Origin: Octopus vulgaris
Lineage: Eukaryota
NCBI GenBank assembly: GCA_951406725.2
Contig: OX597820.1
Coordinates: 71,486,001 to 71,550,000 of the forward strand
Length of the DNA stretch: 64,000 bases
Direction of reading: 5' to 3'
Both the position numbers and the translations under genes were made by a program. How positions within the stretch are numbered: the first letter of the stretch is position 1; each line of letters opens with the position of its first letter. Shown piece after piece: positions 1 to 13,200 of the stretch. The notes below the pieces were generated by a model. That model worked only from the letters and a program-made list of their open reading frames with translations, ran no database searches and had not been told where the DNA came from.

Positions 1-45
1 CATACATACATACATACATACATACATCATACATATATGCATACC
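1..45. repeat. (CATA)n microsatellite
   Basis: Direct tandem CATA units at the window start. Confidence 0.95.
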
Positions 46-67
46 TACATATGTGTGTGTGCATATA

Positions 68-1296
68 CAGGGGTTGGACAAAATAATGGAAACACCTTAA
101 AATTTCAAACAAATTTATTTTAATATGGGATAGGACTGCCTTTGGCAGTAATTACAGCTTAAATTTTATGAGGCCTGGACTTGTACAAAGTTTCTAAAAC
201 AGTCTACAATTCTTGTAGTGATGATGGTGGAGGATATCGACTCCTTACTTGTTTTTCTAAAATGCACCATAAATGTTCAGTAATATTGAGATCTGGGGAC
301 TGTGATGCCCAGATAAGATGTTCAACTTCACTAGAATGTTTCTTGTGCCATTCAGTAACAATTTTAGCTATGTGAATTTGTGCATTATCATCCTGAAAGA
401 TTGCTTCCCTCTGGAAACAATTCTGCAATCAGAAGATGAATTTGATTAGATAAAATACTTAAATAGTCTTGACTATTAATTTTGACATGAAGGGAAACCA
501 TTGAGCCAGCAGATTTCCAAGATATAGCACCCCCCCCCCCCCACCAGATCATCACAGATCCTCCTCCATGTTTAACAGTTGGAAGAAGGTAGTCTGGGTC
601 AAATGCTTCCTTTGGCTGTCTCCACATGTATACTTGGTGGGTGGTCAGAAATAAGGTAAAAAATGACTCATCCAAGAAAATAACATTCTTACACTGCTCT
701 AGGGACTAATACTGTAGGTTTTTATTCCATTCTAAATGCTTTGCAACGTTTATTTTTGAAAATAGTGTTTCTTTTTATTGCAGCCCTCCCATGAAGTCCA
801 GCTTTGTGAAGCTCCTAGTGAACAGTTTTTGTGGGAACTGGGTTCTTGAGGTGGTCATTAAATTTTGCAGTAATTTTGGGAGCTGTACTTATGTGATCCT
901 TTCTAACAATTCGTGTAAGAGTCTGACAGTCTTTATCTGAAAGTTTTGACTTTCTTCTGGAGTTTTGTTCCAACAAGGAGGTTTTTCCCTGTTTCTCGAG
1001 ACAGTACTTCTTGATACACCAAACATTTCAGTTGTTTTCATAATGCTAGCGCCTGCCATACAAGTGCCAACAATTTGACCTCTTTGAAAGTCTGATAGAT
1101 CTGTCATTTTAATGAATTTTAATTACCTTTTCCTGATGATATCTGGAAAGAAACAGCAATTTTAACAAAACATACTAAGCGACACTAATAATAAATAAAA
1201 AAACATGAAAATAAACAAGCTTTTGATAGTTTTATAGATATTTCAAAATTATGATACTATGATGCTAGGTGTTTCCATTATTTTGTTCAACCCCTG
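68..1296 (-). mobile_element. Tc1-family (DD34E-type) DNA transposon with both ends, decayed transposase
   Basis: 30-bp TIRs CAGGGGTTGGACAAAATAATGGAAACACCT (68-97) and AGGTGTTTCCATTATTTTGTTCAACCCCTG (1267-1296), 1 mismatch; TA flanks both ends (66-67, 1297-1298). Confidence 0.95.
120..1107 (-). pseudogene. Tc1-like transposase pseudogene (frameshifts/stops)
   Basis: Fragments MTDLSDFQRGQIVG (HTH start), DESFF, TVKHGGGSVMIW, FQDDNAQIH, WASQSPDLNITEHLW in different frames; ends AKGSPIPY*. Confidence 0.92.
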
Positions 1297-1998
1297 TATA
1301 TAATAAAGTTAGTTTTCTATATCATGTTGTGCATGGAAACAATCTAACATTAGGCTAAAGGATTATTCAATACTTTTTAGTACAGGACATATTTATTAAC
1401 CTTTACAAGGAAAATGTTGACAGTAACTTTAAAGTTTTGAATTGCTTGGCTTCATCATAATATATGTATCGTTATGAACTATGTGATAGCCTGCCATCTT
1501 TTTCAGAGATGAGTTTCAACATCCTGGAGACCAAAAGGTTTGACCTCATGAGCTCTTCAAGTCAAGACAGATTTTAATTGCTTACATGTAAATTATCTTT
1601 GCCATTAGACTGTAGCTTTTCAGTATAAATAACCACTGTTTCTCAAAAGTGATCTGTTATAATTGCTTAGTACCCCGGCATAAGTGGTCAGATTCTCAGA
1701 TGTTAGTAGGTATTTGGAATGCTGCTATAAAATAAGTTAGTAATTTGGTGTACTCTGAGGATAGTTGAGTTTTGATGCTCTAGGCAGAAGGTTTTTTTCA
1801 TAATGATCAATTATGAAACACATTTTTTTTCTTAACTGTGTATTGTTTTGCTGAAAAACTGCTATTATTTGTTGGATTTTATTTGTGCTCAAAGATGTGA
1901 AAGACAACTATAATTTTAACAAAGTGCACCCTCATTTGATAATTGTCTCCTAATTAGCATGAATGTAAAACAAGAAAAACAAGAGGTATCATTTCTAA

Positions 1999-2898
1999 TC
2001 ATATCTATAAAAGGGAGGATGTGTGTGTGTACGTGATTGTAATTTATGCACATCCACAAATTAGCACACATGTCGCTCAAATTTTAGGTCATTTGTCAAC
2101 ATCCTATCTGGGTTCTGTCAACTTATTTTTTTCCTGAGGCACCTGCGGATAGGGTAAAAATCTATTTTCAACCATTTTCAACCATAGCTTTTAACCATAA
2201 CAAATATCAGCCATTGCTTTTTGATGGTATCTAACAAAAAAAAAAAAAAATGATAAAGAAAAGTGGAAGAAGGAGGCAGAGAGTTTCACGGGAAAGACAA
2301 AGTGAGAGAGGGAGAGAGAGAGAGTAAGTGACTATGATCATAAAAAATAAAATGTAAAATGTTTTGTTTTTTGTTTTTGAAAGGCACACTATATTTTATA
2401 ATCATAGTATATATACTTTCTCACACAACAATTACAACATATTTATTTTAAATCATTTATTTATTTTAAATCGTTCATCTTCCCCCCTCCCTCTCTCTCT
2501 CACACACATTACTTTGGGTGCGAAAGAGTTTTGCTTTTATTTTACGTCGAGTAAAAAAATGTTTTGTTGACAATCCATTTATTTAACAACAAAGAAACAA
2601 AGAGGTGAGTAACAATTTGTCAGTGAATTACACAATATAAATGGGTACAATTTGCGAGGCTTCCACCACACCTCACTCCGTTTCACGGACCACAAAAAGG
2701 CCAGAGTAGTTGATTCCATACAAAAAACCCAATTTTTTTCTTAGTGAAAATTGTGCAAGTGCTAATCTACGAATTTAACAACATTTTTTCCATTCATTTC
2801 TGTTTATGAACATGTATGCGTGCACAAAACATGCAATAGGTGTACGTACGTACGTGTGTATATGTGTGTTCGTGTCTGTTGCCCATATATATTTATAT

Positions 2899-2946
<48 letters not shown>

Positions 2947-3069
2947 ACTAATTTCAATGGATTTCACCCAAATTTAACGTCTATATTACTTAGTTTGATT
3001 TGAAATAAAGAACTTGATTAGCTTAATAATCGTAACTTAATCCTGGGCAAGGCCGGGTTATACTGCTAG
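1999..3069 (+). mobile_element. Non-autonomous Helitron
   Basis: 5' A|TCATATCTATAAAAGGGAGG, subterminal hairpin CCTGG-GCAAGG-CCGGG (3042-3057), 3' CTAG|T (3066-3070). These are canonical Helitron termini and A|T target; no coding capacity. Confidence 0.8.
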
Positions 3070-4950
3070 TCTATAAACACTTCTTGGAAAGCATAAATTT
3101 TTACTGGCAGTTCGACAGAAATAACATGATATTAAACATTATAAGAACTATTTTGAGTCAGAAAAGAACCAGAGTCCTACTGATTACATGATTCTTCCTC
3201 AAACTGGTATGTGTAAATTTTTATGTTATTTTAAGTTGAATAGCTTAGTAACAATTTATTCCTAATATGATTAATAGAGCTCTTTCTCTTTGCAAACAAT
3301 CATACCAGCTTGGGGGACTTTGGTATACTTTAGATTGGTGAGTGTTTAAGTGTGTATGTATAGATACATGTCATACAACTTAACCCACTAATACTAAGTG
3401 ACTGACCAACTGTCTTGGGGAGATAAAAATGACAGTTAAAAAAGTAGAAGAAATGGATTAATAATGCTTTGTTTGAGAAAGAATGTCAGTTTCTCAGTAG
3501 TATAATCAATAACAGAGTCATTCTGCAAGTGATGGATACAAGATTTGAGTCTTATCAGTGAGTCTGTTGCCTTTTTGTGTCTCAAGTAGCTGCTTAAAGT
3601 TTGCATATGTATTTATGTATGTGTGCACGTGCACACATGCATACACATGTGGATGCACACACACACACATGCACACACTCACACTGTATTGCTCTTTCTC
3701 TTTTAATTCACTACCTTCATCATTTTATTTCTCCCTCTTTCTCTCCATTTCTCAACATCATGACTTTTTACCTCTCTTTTCTTGCTCATCTCTCCCTACA
3801 CAGTTCTTACCCTTTGTCATCAAATTTGTAATTCTTTTACCAGCAAAGCATCTTGCTCAAAACTGAAAAATCTGCTTCATCTCATAATTATATTCCTTTC
3901 AATTGTTTTAACTGATCCTTTTTTTTTCACTTTTCTTCCTTCTATCCCTTCCCTTTATTGGTCCAGCTTACTTCATTTTGTGATCTTTATAAAACTAATT
4001 TTTGCAAATTGAGAGATCAGCACTAGCTACCTTCAAATACCTCGATTTTAATTTTTTAATGAAATTGGTAGTTATGTAAGGAATTACATGTAGAGGGTAG
4101 AAAAATGCACAATTTTGATTTATGAAACTATGAGAGGCTAAGAGTCTTGAAAGATGACTAATAATTGATACCATGAGAATGAAAGGAGTGAAATGGTTAT
4201 AACTCTGAAATAGTACCAGGATGTACTAAGGAGTCACAAAGGAATAAAATCATTGAAATAACAGTGTGCCTGCTGTTATATGCAAAAGCTGTGTGATACA
4301 GTTACTATATTAGGGTGGTGTAAAAATGATGTATGCTTAAGGTTAAAATGTCCTGAAAATTGATGTGGATTAATGTAATAAGATGTAGGCTGTGTGTTAA
4401 TAATCAACATAATGTTTTTTGTTCCTTTATGTTCTTAAATCAATATTTTTGGTCAATAGAGAATATGCACAGGAAACTTCTGTTTAAATGACTATTAACA
4501 AACTTAGTGTTGGCGTAAAGATGTTTTATAATAGGTCATTATATTTATTTTGAGTTCAGAGAGAGAGAGAGGGAGAGAGAGTAGAGAATTATATGTCTTT
4601 GTGAAATATGTTCACCTTGAGAGAGATAAAAGAAGTGAATGTATAAATGAACTCAACTTTTTTTTACCAGACCACTCAGTAAGAATTTTGTTAGAACTGT
4701 GACAAAACTCTCATGAAAGTGATAAATTCATTCTGTATATCAAGTTTGAAAGAGTGGAAAAAAACTGCACAGATATGCAACAGGCAGCCATTCTATTGAA
4801 TGGAAAATAGTAATTTTGACTATATACACATATGACCAAATAGAGTTCTTTGAGTGATGGAAAAAGTCAATTGCTGCCATTGTAGAAGTAAACTGGTGCT
4901 GAATGTGCCAAATTTTCAAGATTTTCCTTTGATCTTTTTTTCTATAACAG

Positions 4951-5022
4951 CATGACAGATACAAATTGGTTACAGTTGTTGTCAAAACTTATCAACATTA
5001 TAAGTGATCAGAAATATGAGTG
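4951..5022 (+). CDS. Candidate internal coding exon of an unidentified host gene (MTDTNWLQLLSKLINIISDQKYE..)
   Basis: Polypyrimidine acceptor ttttttctataacAG, donor TG|gtgagt, 72 nt, open frame in phase 2-2, non-repeat context. Confidence 0.5.
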
Positions 5023-7317
5023 GTGAGTTGTCCACTATATATATATGACTGATAACATTACTTTCATTTGATCTAAATTAGAATTGTTTAGATTAGTAAA
5101 TAGGGAGTAAATTTTTCATGAAGAGAAATAGAAAAAGCTGTACAGTTTTCAGGGATTGTTTCCGGTTTGTATCTTACCCAAAAGTTGAGGTAGCTACAAA
5201 TATAAACAGATATTCACTACAAAAGGGAAATTTCAGAGCTCACATACTTATGGAGTGAATCATGTATGTTAAGAGTCAATCATACAGGGAAGCTAGTACA
5301 GAAGTACAGAAAAGAGTAAGCAGAATGCAAGTTAGGCTATTGTATTCAAGGCTTTATTCTAAACCCTCTACTATCTACCTCTACAATTTTGAGCCATTCG
5401 CTTAGAAATAAAAACAGGATATTGAAAGAAGCTTTTATATGCCAACTATCTAATTCCTATTGCAGAATCTATAAAAAAATATGGAATAATTGTGTATTTT
5501 GAGGTTCACTCTTCATTGCTTGAAGAGTTTAATCAGTATTCAAATATATTCAGCAATTAAAAACAGAACTGAGATTTTCCACACATTCCTTCTTGATTGG
5601 AAAAGAATATAACATTTGTGAAGAGATTTTGTTTTTCTCTTCACAACCATAATTGAAATGTATTTCAATAATGGAAATTTATAGAAATTTTTGTTATGTA
5701 TATTCTTTAAATTTTACAAGATGCAAAATTCAAATGGAGAAATATTCTTGTAGTTTTGAAATTTCTGAACTTCATCTTTTGAGGAAAAAAGATATTGTGA
5801 AACTGAGACTGTAATACAAATATTTTTGATAACATTTTTATATCTAATTTTTAATATGTAATTTTTCATTTGATTTTCTATTTTATGTCCTAGAAACAGT
5901 ATCGATAAGATATAAATTCAGAAAAAATGATACATGAGGACATTGAAATTTATATCTCATTTATTTTTCATTTCATATACAATTTTTTATATATCTAGAA
6001 ATTTCAGTAATTTTTAAATTTTAGAAGGAATTTAAAACTTGAAAAAGTTGGTGTAAGGCAAAGGTCTTGACTTTTGAAATCCTCTGGTGCATTCTCCATA
6101 TAGATCTCATAATCCCGTTTGAAAGTGCGATGATAAAACAAATTATAAAATATAACCATTGCATGAATTTTGAGGAAATTTGCTGATATAATATAATCAT
6201 TATTAGTGTACACTGTGAATGTTGTTTTTGCTTGTTGTTGATTTTTTTCTGGTTGTCATAGATTTTCACCTGCCAAGGTAGGTTGAATAGAGTGGATTAC
6301 ATATAAGTGTTTTTACACATATTTACAAAATATTAGTTCCTGAGCATTGATTTCCTAATTAAATCAATAATAAATAAATCATTAAATATTGTCACCAAGT
6401 TCTAACTCATTCCAACCATTAAGCTCTAAAAATGCAAGAAGAAAATATCCTTAGAAATTTACTTGATCTTGATAAATGCTAACAATAAATACACATAGTG
6501 CCATCAAGAAGTCTTTTGATATGAAATTCTTTCTAAAATAAGCCTAAACTTTATTTCTCAAACAGAGGAATATTTAGTATTAATTTTTTGCCACTCCCCC
6601 AAAAAACAATACTATTTGAACTGCAATTTCATGTTGTTCAGGATCTGGTGACAGGTGGGGATATATGAAATATAGGACTTTAAAAGTTTAAAGAGACCAT
6701 AGCAAAAACATTAATGTATGAATACCAATATAAGTTACAAAGGCCAAATGAAAACAAGAAAATGGTATGTTGTATTTGTGAGAAGATGGTAGGTTGTAAC
6801 TGAATACTCTTTAGTCAGTTTTAATCATTGAGTGCACCAGAGATAAAGTAAAATTAATGTAGTATGGTTGGAAACCATTGAAATGGTTTCACGAAATGCA
6901 CTAGAGTAACTTATAGCACAAGTATTCTTGAAATAAATGTTAGTTATGTACAGATCATATAGCTTACTTAAAATAGCAGGTAAGTGCTTCTCTGTAGGTG
7001 ACTTCCTTAAGCTCTTCTTGAGTGAATATTGATATCTTAGTTGTTGGTGTTAGAGATCAAGAAGTATTGAAAACTTGCTACATTTTGAGAACACAGTTTC
7101 TCTTTTAATATAGTCAAAGGGCAAATTATATAAGACATACTGTGTTGTATGGGTAGTATAGGTTGGGGATATGTGTGTGTGCACGCACGTGCATACAGGT
7201 TGGAGCTGAGGTATGACCGGTGGGACAACTGGACATTAAATGACAGCATATGTGGGCTACCCACTAGTGTAACTAATATACCACTAGCATGACTGGACTG
7301 GGCAACAACAAGTGGTA

Positions 7318-7500
7318 TAATTGTTGTTGTTGTTGTTTAATCCCAGTTCAGTGCTGATTGAGAAAACTTTTGATAAAAGACATTCCAGCTATTTCAGTTT
7401 TTTTTTTCAAGTCAATGTACACTTTGAGAAAGTTGGTCATTGTTCAAATGTTTATATCAAAGATTTATTCAATCAAGGCTGACCTGGAGCTAAACTAAGT
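7318..7500 (-). mobile_element. Decayed interspersed repeat with (CAA)n tail; related fragments at ~9160-9260, ~27915-28100, ~52340-52500
   Basis: Shared GTTGTTGTTTA..CCC..G..CAG..CTGAT..AGCAGACC..TGAT.AAAG..ATTCCA motif among the loci. Confidence 0.45.
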
Positions 7501-7623
7501 ATGATAAAAAAAAAGAACACTTTCACCATGAATGTTCAATATACTGTGCCATTATTCCATTTGACATTCAAATTATCTTTCTTGGTTAAGTTTTTAAGCT
7601 ATTGATTATAAAATCCTTTTGTC

Positions 7624-7656
<33 letters not shown>

Positions 7657-9321
7657 TCAAGAATAGTTGGGTCCTTTTTAATAGGATTTTTCTATTAATT
7701 TAAAAGGCATCACTTGGGATGTTCAGTTGAACATGGGTCAGAATCATTTCTTGTCACTTTTCTCATTTATAAGTGATAACAGAATTTAAATTCTAAAGGT
7801 TTTCAGTTTGATTTTTCTTTTCTGTATACTTATATTAATGGAACCTTAATGCAATTCTCTCTCCTGTAATTTACTCTTTAGCAATAAAATTGATTTTATT
7901 CAAGAATGTGTTAATTGTCTAGAGTTAACACATTCAATATATAAATGCATCTATTGTACTTGCATCAGTTCAAAATTCAATCCAAGAGGTATTGTAATTT
8001 ATATTTGCTTGGAATTTTTCTATTTTTATAACAAGTATAATTTCAATAACATACTGTATTGACAGTTAAAGAAATAAACTATTTTCTATGATACATGAAA
8101 AATAAATTTAAAAAAGAAATGAAAATTATATTTGCATAATCATTTAGTTATTTGTTTTACACTTCTGACATTACTATAAATAAATTTCCTTATTTTGCTT
8201 GCATGGTTCTTTAATTGCCTTGATTCTTTTATCATAGTATGACTTCTTCATTTCTTATTCATGTGTCTGATCATTACATATGCATTAAAGTAAAAAATAT
8301 TTCCCACTGAAGGTGTCAAATGTATTAGCCATTTTGGAAATTGGAAGAAGTCTTTATAAGGTTAGTTTTTGTATCAGTAAATAACGTTACTGAGTTTATC
8401 TAAGAATTAGAAATTCAGCTGTTGTAGTAAAGAATGCCAAGCTAGAATTAGATCTTGAATTCAATGGTCATGATATATTTTTTCTTACCTTTTTTTCTTT
8501 CTTTCTTTTTTTTTTGGCAGAATCTCAGGTATTAGGCTACTACTCCTCTTACTAAGCTGGCAAGTAATCCGATAATGTTTGCCAACAGTATTTTTAAATC
8601 ACTTGTTAATGACTAATTAGATGTTGATAAATTTCTACACTAGAAGATTGATTAAAAGTGTGCACCACCTTATACTTTAAGTTTCTTTCTTACTTGTGAA
8701 TTGTTTAGTGAATTTATCATATTACTTTCCAATGCTTAAATTATAATCATTATTTTAATGTCATCGTTAAATGGAAAAATTATTCATTTTATCTTGGTTT
8801 CATATTAGAGATTTTTTCTTTGTAAAAATATACAAATTATAATATATTGTAGCAAGTTATTTGCTCAGGAAGATGGATCATATTTCTAGGCAAGTGAACA
8901 AGACTTTGAGCTCTGTTTTCATATCTTAATAAATTTTTTTTTTTAAACTTATAGTTAGAAATGATATACAGAAGGTAAATATATGGCTACTGCTAGCACA
9001 CTATCTTAAAGAAAGTATAGAATTTTATATTTAGAGATTATTTAGTGTATGGGAGTAAACTGTAAAATTGTGGAATACAGAAGCTGAGCAAACAAATGAC
9101 AGTAAAAATATTGAGAATTACTGATATAGAGGATTCCTGTGTATCAGTATAAATATGTATAGTTGTTGTTTAGCCCTGAACTATCTATGATTGTGCAGAC
9201 CTGGGATAAAAGTCTTACATTCATGACCAACCATCAGAAACTACATTTGCTTATGTCTCCTCTCCTTTTAAAGATGTGTGAATACACACACACACACACA
9301 CACACACACATATGTGTGTGT

Positions 9322-9370
<49 letters not shown>

Positions 9371-9373
<3 letters not shown>

Positions 9374-9738
9374 TCATCATCATCATTATTTAACGTCTGT
9401 TGTTCACACTGCCATGGGTTGGATGGTTTGATCAGGGCTGGTAAGCTGGAAGGCTGCATCAGACTCCTGTCTGATTTAGCATGGTTTTCTACAGTTGGAT
9501 GTCCTTCCTACTGCCAATCACTCTGAGAGTGTAATGGGTGCTTTTACATGCCACTGGCATGGGTACCATTTGCGTGACACCGGTACCTGCTACGACTGCA
9601 ATTTTGCTTGGCCTGATGGGTCTTCTTCTCAAGTCAGACACAATGTCAAAGATCTCAGTCATTACATCTGTGAGACCCAATACTTAAAAGGAACTCAGCC
9701 ACTTTACCTCTGTGAGGCCCAACACTTGAAAGGAATTC
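9371..9738 (-). mobile_element. 5'-truncated RTE-clade LINE 3' end
   Basis: (CAT)n tail complement followed by the same 3' UTR as the copies at 13201, 22935 and 43636. Confidence 0.8.
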
Positions 9739-9739
9739 A

Positions 9740-9779
<40 letters not shown>

Positions 9780-9849
9780 TGTGTGTGTACTTTCCACAGC
9801 ATGTCACATTAGACAAATTATATGTCAAGAACAAGGTGTTCAGGTTAAA

Positions 9850-10140
9850 TTTGATGATTTTTTATGTCTCCTTTTTTCATGCATAGCTGGATGCAATCAT
9901 TTTGGAGATCATGAAGTTTAAAGTTGTAACTGAGAAAAAGCTTGCTAGCATGTAGGTTCTAAAACTGTCTTGAGACTGTGGTAGCAGCAGAGGGTGGCTA
10001 CTTTGAGCAAAAACTGCTATCTCCCAGCCATAATCTAGTTGATACTTTGTGACTTTTTGAAATGCTTTTATTTTTGCATGGGATGTTGTGTATCCTTCTG
10101 TTATTCTGCATTACCAGATGCCCATGGGTAACACAGACTA
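9850..10140 (+). mobile_element. Tc1/mariner-superfamily (maT-like) transposon 3' remnant
   Basis: Reads ..CLETVVAAEGGYFE.., resembling the C-terminus of Tc1/maT transposases; ends not resolved. Confidence 0.4.
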
Positions 10141-10247
10141 TACTGCACTAATCTCAAGGATAGTGACTTTGATGTCATAATCATGTGATTTGTTGGAATG
10201 TGCATAGCAATGTATTAAATAGTTATACTCCATCCTAGAATTACTGT

Positions 10248-10294
<47 letters not shown>

Positions 10295-10299
10295 AAGGA

Positions 10300-10324
<25 letters not shown>

Positions 10325-10330
<6 letters not shown>

Positions 10331-11656
10331 AGAGTAAAAGGTAGACTGTATGAAGCTTGTGTGCAAATGGCTATACTCCATGGTAGTGAGACATGGGCTC
10401 TGAATGCAGAAGGCATGCATACACTGGAGAGAAATGAAGGTAGTATGCTCCATTAGATGTGTAACATCAGCATGCATGTATGACAGAGTGTAAATGTATT
10501 GAGAGAAAAGTTGAGCATGAAAGGAATCAAATGTAGCATGCAAGAGAGAAGACTACGTTGGTTTGGAAATGTGAAGCATATGAATGAGGACAGCTGCATA
10601 AAGAAGTGACAATCAGTGAAAGTGGATGGTACCCGTGAAAGAGGGACACCCAGAAAGACGTGGAATGAAGTGGTAAGGACCGATCTCAGGATGTTGGGCC
10701 TCAAGGAGGAAATGACAATGGACTGAGATGTCTGGTAATATGATGTTCTTGAGAAGACCTGCCCACGTCAGCAAAACTGAGTTCTAGAAGCACTGTGTCT
10801 CACCCACACTTAGCAAGAAAACTTCTCATACACCCTACTTCAACAAACCAAACTACATCCCTCTATCTCTTCTCTTCCTCACATTTCCACTTCATGCACT
10901 ATACTTACCTCCCACTCCTCAATCCTATCCTCTTGACCCTGTCCACTGTATCACTGCTGTCTGCTAGCCCCCGACCTGTGTGTTCCACCCATATATAACA
11001 AGAAATCTTTTCACACACCCTACCCCAACAAACCAATCTACACTTCTACATCACTTCTCATCCTCACATTTCCTCCTTCATACACATTGCCTACCTTTCA
11101 CTCCCCAATCCTGTCCTCATGGCCCTTTTCTCTGTATTATTGTGCCCTGGTAGCCTCCCACCACTCTATATATACCCTCTCTCTCGCTCTCTCTCACTCA
11201 CTCTGGCTGGGTAATCTTGTACCCCCTCTACAGCAAGACACCTGTTTCTGCCTTTTTATCTCACTATAACCTTTCATCACCCAACACAAGGTCACCTCCT
11301 CCAATGCCCCCTCTCCTCTTGAAAGTTTTTTTTTCTTGTCTTGCAAATACTTGGTGGACCTGTCAGTGCAGGTGCCACTTAAAAATCATCCAATCTACAC
11401 TGTAAAGTGATTGACATTTGTAAGGGTATCCAGCTGTAAAAACCTTGCCAAAACTGACCTCACCTGTACTTGTGCCATGTAAAAAGCACTAAGTCCACTC
11501 TGCTGAGTGGTCGGTGTTAGGAAGGGCATCCAACTGTAAACATCCTACCAAAAGAGTTACAGAAGTCTGGTTCAGGCTTCTGTCTGGTCAGCTCCTGTCA
11601 AACTGTCTCACCCATGACAGCATGGAATGTGGACATTAAAAGATGATGATGATGAT
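10325..11656 (+). mobile_element. RTE-clade LINE, 3' end of ORF2 plus 3' UTR and (GAT)n tail
   Basis: Translates RVKGRLYEACV..LHGSETWAL..RRLRWFGNV..RGTPRKTWNEVV with in-frame stops; ends in GATGATGAT. Confidence 0.9.
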
Positions 11657-11659
11657 ATA

Positions 11660-11850
11660 GGAAATTCAAATAAAGGAATTATAAATTTAACAATAACAAA
11701 CAAAAGGATGTGCACAAAGAATGTATTAGTTTGGTGTCCAGTAAAAGATAGAGATTTTGACGTTTTGAACATAACTCTTCATCAGAAAGGGGAAAAGGAA
11801 ATGTCCAAAGAGGGAAAAGAAATTGTCAACAGCATATGTGTAGTTACATT
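11660..11850 (-). mobile_element. Penelope-like pseudo-LTR derivative with decayed minimal hammerhead (11755-11789)
   Basis: Minus strand CTTT-CTGATGA-AGAGTTATGTTC-AAAA-CGTC-AAAA; GAAA core changed to AAAA; related copy at ~56000-56150. Confidence 0.6.
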
Positions 11851-12706
11851 GGGGAAGTAGCCAGAAGTATACATACACGCACACATATATAAAGCAGAAA
11901 ATAAGTCAGAAATGTGTGTGGCATCTTTAAAAAGATGTATTTAAAATTACCTTAGTGGTTTTGCAATTTCAGGATTTTAAAAGTGGTGTGTGATGGAGGA
12001 ACCTAGAGCTATACCATATCTATTTTGCCTTTGACTGGAGTTTGAAAATTTACATCTTATGCAGAAAGAGTATGAATCAAATTGCTTTCAATCAAGGTAC
12101 TGTTTCGTTTGTTGAATCTAGTCATGAGATCAAAGGATCGTGTGACTGTATCAGTGATAGTTATGTCAATAGTTAAGGCTTTTCTCATGACATTATGGAT
12201 GATAATTCCCCAAAAATCAAGACTGTATTATTCCAGAGAATGTATCATGTGAAAATTATGAACAGCAGATTGCCAGAATAGCTAGAAATAAAGAAGTTGT
12301 CCACTTGCTTGTGTAATTTACATATAAGATTGTCTATGTGTTTGCATGTGAAAATGTAAACTACAATAGTATAATGTCAGTGCAATGTGTAGTTACTGCT
12401 TATTCAATTATGATTTATATCTTTTAATAAAAATATTTTCTCTGTTTGTCCATATTTGGGATTTGGTTTTGTCAGAACAGAAATAAAACTGGAAGACTAA
12501 GCAATTTTGGTGGTTTGTTCGATACTTATAAGTCTAAGTGTTCACTTAGTGGAATCTGCCTGGTATTAGGATATCACATTTCTTTCCTATGAATAAGCAA
12601 TCAACTTCACCATGTAAAATAAATATACCACGACCCCAATAATCATCAATTGTTCACACACACACACGAGTGTGTGTGTGTATATATAGGATACTTATGT
12701 ATAATA

Positions 12707-13062
12707 TCATCATCATAATCGTTGTTTAACGTCCACTTTCCATGCTAGCATGGGTTGGACGATTTGACTGAGGTGTAGTGAACCAGATGGCTGCACCAGA
12801 CTCCAATCTGATCTGGCAGAGTTTCTACAGCTGGATGCCCTTTCTAACGCCAACCACTCTGAGAGTGTAGTGGGTGCGTTTATGTGCCACCAGTACGAGG
12901 GCCAGTCAAGTGGTACTGGCAACGACCTCGCTTGAATGTTTTTTCACATGCTACCAGCACAAGTGCTGGTAGGTGATGCAGGTAACGATCACACTCGAAT
13001 GGTGTTTTTAACGTGCCATTGGCTTGGATGTATGAGCCAATGAAGTAGACTGGTGGCCAGCT
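12707..13062 (-). mobile_element. 5'-truncated RTE LINE 3' UTR
   Basis: Reverse complement of the 3' part of the neighbouring 13201-13726 copy. Confidence 0.85.
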
Positions 13063-13200
13063 TGTCATAATTCTTATAATATAAATAATATAACTGTTAT
13101 ATCTCTAATAGATTATGTCTTAAATTTTGTTCCATAGTTTAGAGTTTGGCACATAAGGTAGGTTAGAAGGTACTATTGTGTTAATATACATACATACACT

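Noticed and set aside
1133-1155. CTGATGA..GAAA in the Tc1 5' region; also CTGACGA at ~61288 and CTGATGA at ~55734
   Set aside because: No complete stem II/GAAA/stem III arrangement; chance motifs.
6004-6213. Protein-looking minus-strand ORF (FKRDYEIYMENAPEDF)
   Set aside because: No splice acceptor/donor bracketing it; more likely an old repeat remnant.
9163-9812. ORFs rich in HT/YI/CV dipeptides (also at 2806, 19211, 22770, 23607, 30851-31266, 43277, 44162)
   Set aside because: Translations of (CA)n/(TA)n/(GT)n microsatellites.
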